Of a stretch of DNA of 64,000 bases, positions 59,226 through 64,000 are shown in pieces. The notes under the pieces are model-generated. The model saw only the letters and a program-made list of their open reading frames with translations, did no database searches and had not been told where the DNA came from. Source of the DNA: Vulcanimicrobiota bacterium (GTDB lineage Bacteria; Vulcanimicrobiota; Xenobia; Xenobiales; JADMJV01); contig JBFWNU010000004.1 of NCBI GenBank assembly GCA_050250895.1, positions 622,934 to 686,933 of the forward strand, read 5' to 3'. Numbering within the stretch: the first letter of the stretch is position 1; each line of letters opens with the position of its first letter. The position numbers and the translations under genes were made by a program.

Positions 59226-59731
59226 ATTTCGTTCTCCAGCCTGCGCTCGAGTTCTGCCAGGTCCAGGCCTTTGACGGCAGCAACAAGCCTTTCCCGAAGG
59301 TCCTGTGGCAGAGTATCCAAATCGCCGTCGCCGAAAAAACAGAGCGCTTTTAGCGTCAAATGAGGATTGAACATCGCCCCGTAGGCCTTCCTCGCAGCCA
59401 CCAGCGCGGAGGACAGTTCCACGCCTCCTTCGTGAAGAAGAACATCCAGGTCGATGTAGTCGCGCACTGCGGCTCGCTTCTGAATTGTTGAGGCCTTGGT
59501 GCCGGCAAGGTCCGTGAGCGAAGCGAGTTGCAAGCTGGGATTCTCGACACTAATCGGGGGCTCATAATTGGCAAAACCCGGCAAACCAAAAAAAGAAACT
59601 TTGACAGGCTCGCCCCGGTCGACCGATGCGATGGCGACGCCACCATAGAGAACAAACTCGGTGGGAGTTGCGGAGAGTTCGGGCCAGAGCCTTCTCTGGC
59701 CTTCTGTGAGAGAGTCTAGCCTGGGTTCCAC
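59222..59731 (-). pseudogene. AbiEii/AbiGii nucleotidyltransferase with in-frame internal deletion
   Basis: FVLYGGVAIA joined directly to SVDRGEPVKVSFF; the HRxSxDxDF catalytic segment is missing; KAxxIxxR..RDYID intact. Confidence 0.65.
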
Positions 59732-59817
59732 CCCCAGGGGTTCTTTGGGGAGATGACCAAACCTCTCCATCTTGGCTCGCTCTATGGGCGTCCATTCCCC
59801 CGCCCGCTGGCGACTAC

Positions 59818-60100
59818 CTAGAGGGGGATCCCTCGCCAGGGTCTGGGCTTTATTCGCTTCTGAAAGGCCAGGATCGCCTGGCCGACCTCTTCGATGGTGT
59901 GGGTGGCCCAGATCTGGTCGAGGTAGAGGCACCGTTCGGCGACCCCGTCGAGTTCGAAGCACCAGGTAGAGGCCCAACTCGCGCAGGCGAAAGTAGAGGG
60001 GAAGCCCGGCGAAGACGTCATAGCCTCCGCCGGCGCCAGCGATGAGGATACTCGAGCAGTCTTTTAGACGAGAGAAAAGCGGATGGCAATCGACGTTCAT
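59818..60100 (-). pseudogene. DUF1152 paralog remnant (N- and C-termini only)
   Basis: AGAGGGYDVFAGLPLY fused out of frame to WCFELDGVAERCLYL...WRGIPL; both ends match 28763..29710. Confidence 0.85.
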
Positions 60101-60148
60101 TGAGCCGATCTGTCTACGCCAGAAGCGAAGCGCTCCTTCTATCCAGAG

Positions 60149-61171
60149 TTAGCCCCAGGGAACGGCGCGCCGTTCTTGATGGCTGAGCGTCGCGAGCTCG
60201 AGCCCACGGATAACCCGGGCCGCCTGGGCGCCGGTGACAGCCGGCTGGCGGCCGCCGCGAACGGCGGCCACGAAAGCGCGATAGAAGGCAGGATAGTCTC
60301 CGGGCAGGGTCTCGACCAGGCGTTCCCCGGCGGGCATCACCAGCCGGCCCCAGGCCGAGCAAGGCTCCTTCCCCCAGTCGCTCCCCCGGGGCAGCTGACC
60401 GGCCTTGAGGGCATCTTCTTGGGGGTCGAGGCCAAACTTGACATACGAGCCCTGATCGCCGTGGAGGAGAAAGCGGGGGCCCGCCAGACAGGCCAGGCAG
60501 CTCGACTTGAGGGTCACTTTCAGGTCGGCATAGCCGCACACCAACTCGAAGTGGTCTACCGCCGGACCGCCTCGCTGAGCGCGCAGGTCGGCCCACACCC
60601 AGTCGGGGGTTCCGAACAGCACCAGTGCCTGGTCGAGCAAGTGCGAACCAAGGTCGTAGAGCACGCCGGAGCCGGGCTGGTCCTGCTCGCGCCAAACACC
60701 CTTGAGCTCGGGACGAAAGCGATCGAAGTGGCTCTCGAACTCGACCAGCCGCCCCACAAGACCCTCATCGACGAGCTTGCGCACGGTCAGAAAGTCGCCG
60801 TCCCAGCGGCGGTTGTGAAACACTCCCAACACCCTGTTGTGGGCCTGGGCGGTGGCGACCAGGCCCTCGGCCTCGGCACTGGTTACCGTGAACGGCTTGT
60901 CCACCACCACGTGCTTGCCCGCCTCTAGGGCCTGACGAGCCAACTCGCAGTGGCTCTGGTTGGGAGTGAGCACCACCACCACTTCGACCTCGGTCTCGAG
61001 CAGTTCGGCCAGCGAGCGAACCACCGTGACCTCGGGATAGAGCTGCTGGGAACGGTTGGCGTGGCGCTCGACCACGTGGGTAAGGCTCAGACCAGGCTCG
61101 ACCGTCATGAGAGGAGCGTGGAAACGTTCGGCCACCATTCCGAAACCGACCAGTCCAACAGAGAGAGGCAT
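60149..61171 (-). CDS. Gfo/Idh/MocA oxidoreductase (YdgJ/IolW-like)
   Basis: GLVGFG, HVVVDKP, FHNRRWDGDF, YDLGSHLLDQ. Confidence 0.92.
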   Translation of the reverse strand: MPLSVGLVGFGMVAERFHAPLMTVEPGLSLTHVVERHANRSQQLYPEVTVVRSLAELLETEVEVVVVLTPNQSHCELARQALEAGKHVVVDKPFTVTSAEAEGLVATAQAHNRVLGVFHNRRWDGDFLTVRKLVDEGLVGRLVEFESHFDRFRPELKGVWREQDQPGSGVLYDLGSHLLDQALVLFGTPDWVWADLRAQRGGPAVDHFELVCGYADLKVTLKSSCLACLAGPRFLLHGDQGSYVKFGLDPQEDALKAGQLPRGSDWGKEPCSAWGRLVMPAGERLVETLPGDYPAFYRAFVAAVRGGRQPAVTGAQAARVIRGLELATLSHQERRAVPWG

Positions 61172-61237
61172 CTTCGGCCGTTCGCTGCTCGGGCTGGCTT
61201 ACCCCCGTCGCGCTGGTCCGCGTCAACCCAGGCGACG

Positions 61238-61256
61238 CCACTTCCAGCTGGAAGAC
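61238..61256. repeat. dispersed palindrome copy, reverse complement of the array copies
   Basis: gccacttccagctggaagac is the exact reverse complement of gtcttccagctggaagtggc at 54584 and 54697. Confidence 0.85.
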
Positions 61257-61271
61257 GGAGGTCCCATTGGT

Positions 61272-61694
61272 CTACATCATCTCGGAATTGCCCTCGGCGT
61301 GGTAGGGTTCGAGGAGCCTGGACGGCGCCTTGCCGCCGCCCGGGGGGTCCCAGGTGTTCGAGGCCCAGACGGCGCGACGGCCGGGCTCGTAGAGGACGAG
61401 GTTACCGTCATTCTGCATCACGAGATAAGCGCCCGGGTAGCGCCAGGTGTCGGTGGCCCAGAGCGGACGGCCGGCGGGCGAGTAGATCACGAAATTGCCG
61501 TCGGCTTGCATGACGGCGTGGCTGACGGGCTGGTTGAACAGGTCGGTAGTGCCCAGAACCCTCCAGGTCGGGGTGTGATAAATGACCAGGTTGCCGTCGC
61601 TTTGCATGACGGTCGTGTAAAGGCCATTGGTCGAGGTGATTCGTTCGTCACCGGAGGCTTGCAAAAACTCCCCGGGCAGCAGTCGGTCCGCCAT
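61272..61694 (-). CDS. single-domain bulb-type (B/GNA) lectin
   Basis: Three QxDxNxVxY motifs (QSDGNLVIY, QADGNFVIY, QNDGNLVLY). Confidence 0.9.
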   Translation of the reverse strand: MADRLLPGEFLQASGDERITSTNGLYTTVMQSDGNLVIYHTPTWRVLGTTDLFNQPVSHAVMQADGNFVIYSPAGRPLWATDTWRYPGAYLVMQNDGNLVLYEPGRRAVWASNTWDPPGGGKAPSRLLEPYHAEGNSEMM

Positions 61695-61812
61695 TTTAGA
61701 AATTCCTCCGGTGAGTGCTTCCTCACCTGGCGCGCGCCCCCTCCAGAATAGACCGCCGCGCTCTCTGAGCAGCTTTCAGTTGAATTTGAGGCCGATCTCA
61801 TAACCTGGCGAG

Positions 61813-62655
61813 GTGCAGGGTTCGTCCGTCAAAGCCGCCCATCAGCTCGCCCAGCGAGGCTGGCGCTTCACCGTGCCCGGTTCTCGGGGCCCGTTTGACG
61901 ATCCCATCGAGTATTCACCCGATCGCGTCTGCCAGAGTATCGAGGGCAACCGCTATTTGATCATGCGCGGACCCGACGGAACGGCTCTCAGAGCCTACTC
62001 TCCGCTCTATGTCGAGGCCGCCGAGCAACTCTATGGAGGCAACTGCTCGGACCGCCTCAACCTCGAGCAGCTGACCCAAGGCAATCGCCAGCTCGGTCTG
62101 CGAGTAGCCGCCCAGCTCCTCGGCAACCCGGGATTGACGGTCGAGATGGCCCTGGCCGAGCTAGCCTTCAGCGAGTCACTGACCAGCCAGCAGTCTGACC
62201 AGGAAGAAGCAGCTGGCGCGGCCTTCGCGATGGTCACAAAGCCGGTCGAAGGAACCACTCAGACCGAGCGCCAGCAGCTATTCACAGAACTTCACCAGGG
62301 AGTCAGCCAGAACTTTCGCCCCGAGGTCTACCAGCGCTCTTTAGACCACACTCAAAGGCTGTACGAGTTGCTCACCGCCAAACCGCCGGCTCGACTAGAC
62401 GAGGTGACTTCGGTCATGGCCAACCTGGTGACTCGCCTCGATCCCAAGGACTGGAAGCTTGCCGTCGAGGCCACCGCCCGGGCTGTTGAGGGACCCAACT
62501 GGCCCGCCAGCTACCTGCGGCTCAGAGAATTGGCCCAGAGACGCCCGGTGGACGAGACGGTGGCCGGCTTGAAAGAGCTCAACCGCGGGCCGCTCGAGGT
62601 TCGTGAAGAGGTCGATGCGGTCTGGATCGGCTCGGTTCGTCTCGAACTCGACTAG
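61813..62655 (+). CDS. hypothetical protein
   Basis: 280-aa ORF, helical, ends in AVWIGSVRL. Confidence 0.65.
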   Translation: MQGSSVKAAHQLAQRGWRFTVPGSRGPFDDPIEYSPDRVCQSIEGNRYLIMRGPDGTALRAYSPLYVEAAEQLYGGNCSDRLNLEQLTQGNRQLGLRVAAQLLGNPGLTVEMALAELAFSESLTSQQSDQEEAAGAAFAMVTKPVEGTTQTERQQLFTELHQGVSQNFRPEVYQRSLDHTQRLYELLTAKPPARLDEVTSVMANLVTRLDPKDWKLAVEATARAVEGPNWPASYLRLRELAQRRPVDETVAGLKELNRGPLEVREEVDAVWIGSVRLELD

Positions 62656-62669
62656 ACCACGCCCTTACC

Positions 62670-63236
62670 CTACAGGTCGTCGGGCAACCCTTGGAAGAGG
62701 GCGTTCATGTCGATGGTCACGCCGTAATCGCTCAAGTCGAAGACATCATGGGGTCCCAGGGCCGCTTCCAGACGATAGGTCTCGCCATCGAGCCGAAGAA
62801 GTTCGAAGGTCCTGGAGGCCGGGTCGAGCACTCCGTAGCGCCGCACGCCGCAGCGGGCGTAGCGGTTGAGTTTGAGGGTTCGGTCTCGGGTGGCTGTGGA
62901 GGGCGAGAGAATCTCGACCAGCAACTCCGGCACCCCTTCGATTCCTCGCCGGGTGACCAGACTTGCCTGGTCTGCGCGAAGGTAGACCAGGTCGGGCTGC
63001 ACCGGCGTGGCCCCCTCCATCAACACATCGACGGGGGCGTCATAGATCTGCCCCTTCCCTTCCAGTTCCAGCTGATAGAAGACGAACTGCAAGCGCCGCG
63101 AGAGAGTCTGATGATAGGGAGTGGGCGCTGGCGTCAGGTAGAGACGACCTTCGATGACCTCGTAGCGAATTCCGTCGTCAGGCAACTCGCGATAGTCCTC
63201 ATAGGTCCAGACCTTATCTTCGAGCGGAAGCGTCAT
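62670..63236 (-). CDS. Uma2-family endonuclease
   Basis: WTYEDY, RYEVIEG, VQPDL, PELLVEILSPST. Confidence 0.92.
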   Translation of the reverse strand: MTLPLEDKVWTYEDYRELPDDGIRYEVIEGRLYLTPAPTPYHQTLSRRLQFVFYQLELEGKGQIYDAPVDVLMEGATPVQPDLVYLRADQASLVTRRGIEGVPELLVEILSPSTATRDRTLKLNRYARCGVRRYGVLDPASRTFELLRLDGETYRLEAALGPHDVFDLSDYGVTIDMNALFQGLPDDL

Positions 63237-63321
63237 GGCCTGATTATAGCATGAGCCAAAACCAAAACCGCCCGCGGCAGGTTAGAAAAGGGCAAGCTCG
63301 ACCCAACGCGAAGTTGTAGAC

Positions 63322-63678
63322 GTGACGTTCAGGCTGGTCAAATACGCGGGACTGGTGCTGATGACCCTGCTGGTCGTCGGCGCCCTCAGTCCGGCCGCGC
63401 AGGCTATGCCGATGGACTGCAGCGATATGAGCTGCTGCTGTCCCCCGGCCGATTGCCCCTGCCAGATGTCGTGCGTGCCCGACCACCGGCAAGGCGCGCT
63501 GACCACCCCGGCGGTGGCCTTTGCCAGCCCTTTGCCCGAGCGCATCTGGGGTCTTGACCCGTCAGCTCCCCTCTCGGCCTTTCGTCTCAAGCCATCGCCG
63601 CGGTCGTGCGGTCCAGGCGATGACGAGCGCGGTCTGTTGCTGACGCTGCGGCTGCCTCCCCCCCTCCGGATGAGTTAA
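63322..63678 (+). CDS. Cys/Met-rich exported leader peptide with C-terminal LRLPPP
   Basis: Signal peptide, MPMDCSDMSCCCPPADCPCQMSC, polyproline just before the stop. Confidence 0.65.
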   Translation: MTFRLVKYAGLVLMTLLVVGALSPAAQAMPMDCSDMSCCCPPADCPCQMSCVPDHRQGALTTPAVAFASPLPERIWGLDPSAPLSAFRLKPSPRSCGPGDDERGLLLTLRLPPPLRMS

Positions 63679-63699
63679 CACCCACTCATCTTTCGGAGG
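63663..63699 (+). promoter_or_regulatory. hairpin sequestering the downstream Shine-Dalgarno
   Basis: CCTCCG-GATGAGT (63663-63675) pairs with ACTCATC-ttt-CGGAGG (63684-63699). Confidence 0.7.
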
Positions 63700-63704
63700 C
63701 ATCT

Positions 63705-64000
63705 TTGCGTACATATTTTCTCGTTCTGCTGGCGCTATTGCTGTTGCCGGCAGCCGCCGACACCCTCACCGTCGGCTCTTATCAGGTCGAACTCACCACC
63801 GAGCCCTCGCCGCCGGTAGTCGGCGACAACCAGCTCAGGCTAAAGGTCGTCCCACCGCCCCAATCGGTCAAAGTGACCTATGACATGGTCGGCATGTCCA
63901 TGCAGATGGACCCACCCCAGCTCCAGCCGGGCGGGCCGGGCGTGTGGCAGGGCAACTTGCTGCTCTCGATGCCCGGCCTGTGGAAGCTGACCGTCGAGAT
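63705..64000 (+). CDS. YtkA/FixH-like domain protein (partial), probably copper-handling or a CusB N-terminus
   Basis: Manual translation: signal peptide, PSPPVVGDN, YDMVGMSM, LSMPGLWKLTVE. Confidence 0.7.
   Translation, partial: MRTYFLVLLALLLLPAAADTLTVGSYQVELTTEPSPPVVGDNQLRLKVVPPPQSVKVTYDMVGMSMQMDPPQLQPGGPGVWQGNLLLSMPGLWKLTVE

Noticed and set aside
59222-60100. 292-aa DUF1152-AbiEii fusion from the ORF track
   Set aside because: Chance open frame through a deleted DUF1152 remnant; the middle section is the wrong frame of the DUF1152 C-terminus.
61770-61800. sigma28 promoter (GCCGAT)
   Set aside because: No acceptable -35 element at the right spacing.

Overview
High-GC (roughly 65%), gene-dense bacterial window with no rRNA, tRNA or CRISPR array that I can see. 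The gene repertoire and protein styles suggest Ca. Eremiobacterota/Vulcanimicrobiota, but that is a low-confidence inference. Left two-thirds (1-47 kb): Ser/Thr kinase-ATPase-TPR and FHA signalling genes, lipid/glycan enzymes (CapA, GT4, a six-hairpin glycosidase, PlsC), a rhodanese plus coxSLM-type molybdoenzyme operon, TPM proteins, a czcCBA-type RND efflux operon behind an RGPP leader peptide, GGDEF-EAL and hybrid kinase genes, a type IV pilus minor-pilin cluster and addBA. Translationally coupled to addA is an unusual fusion of an indoleamine-2,3-dioxygenase (IDO)-like domain with a cyclic-nucleotide-binding domain. Right third (47-64 kb): accessory region with paralog pairs, several broken genes, a DUF222-like HNH endonuclease, an AbiEii-type pair, a B-lectin, Uma2 and a second Cys/Pro leader peptide. 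Main leads: (1) a REP/BIME-like palindrome family (CTTCCAGCTGGAAG) arrayed upstream of, inside and dispersed around the HNH gene; (2) the IDO-cNMP fusion; (3) two uORF plus SD-sequestering hairpin switches ahead of metal-handling genes.
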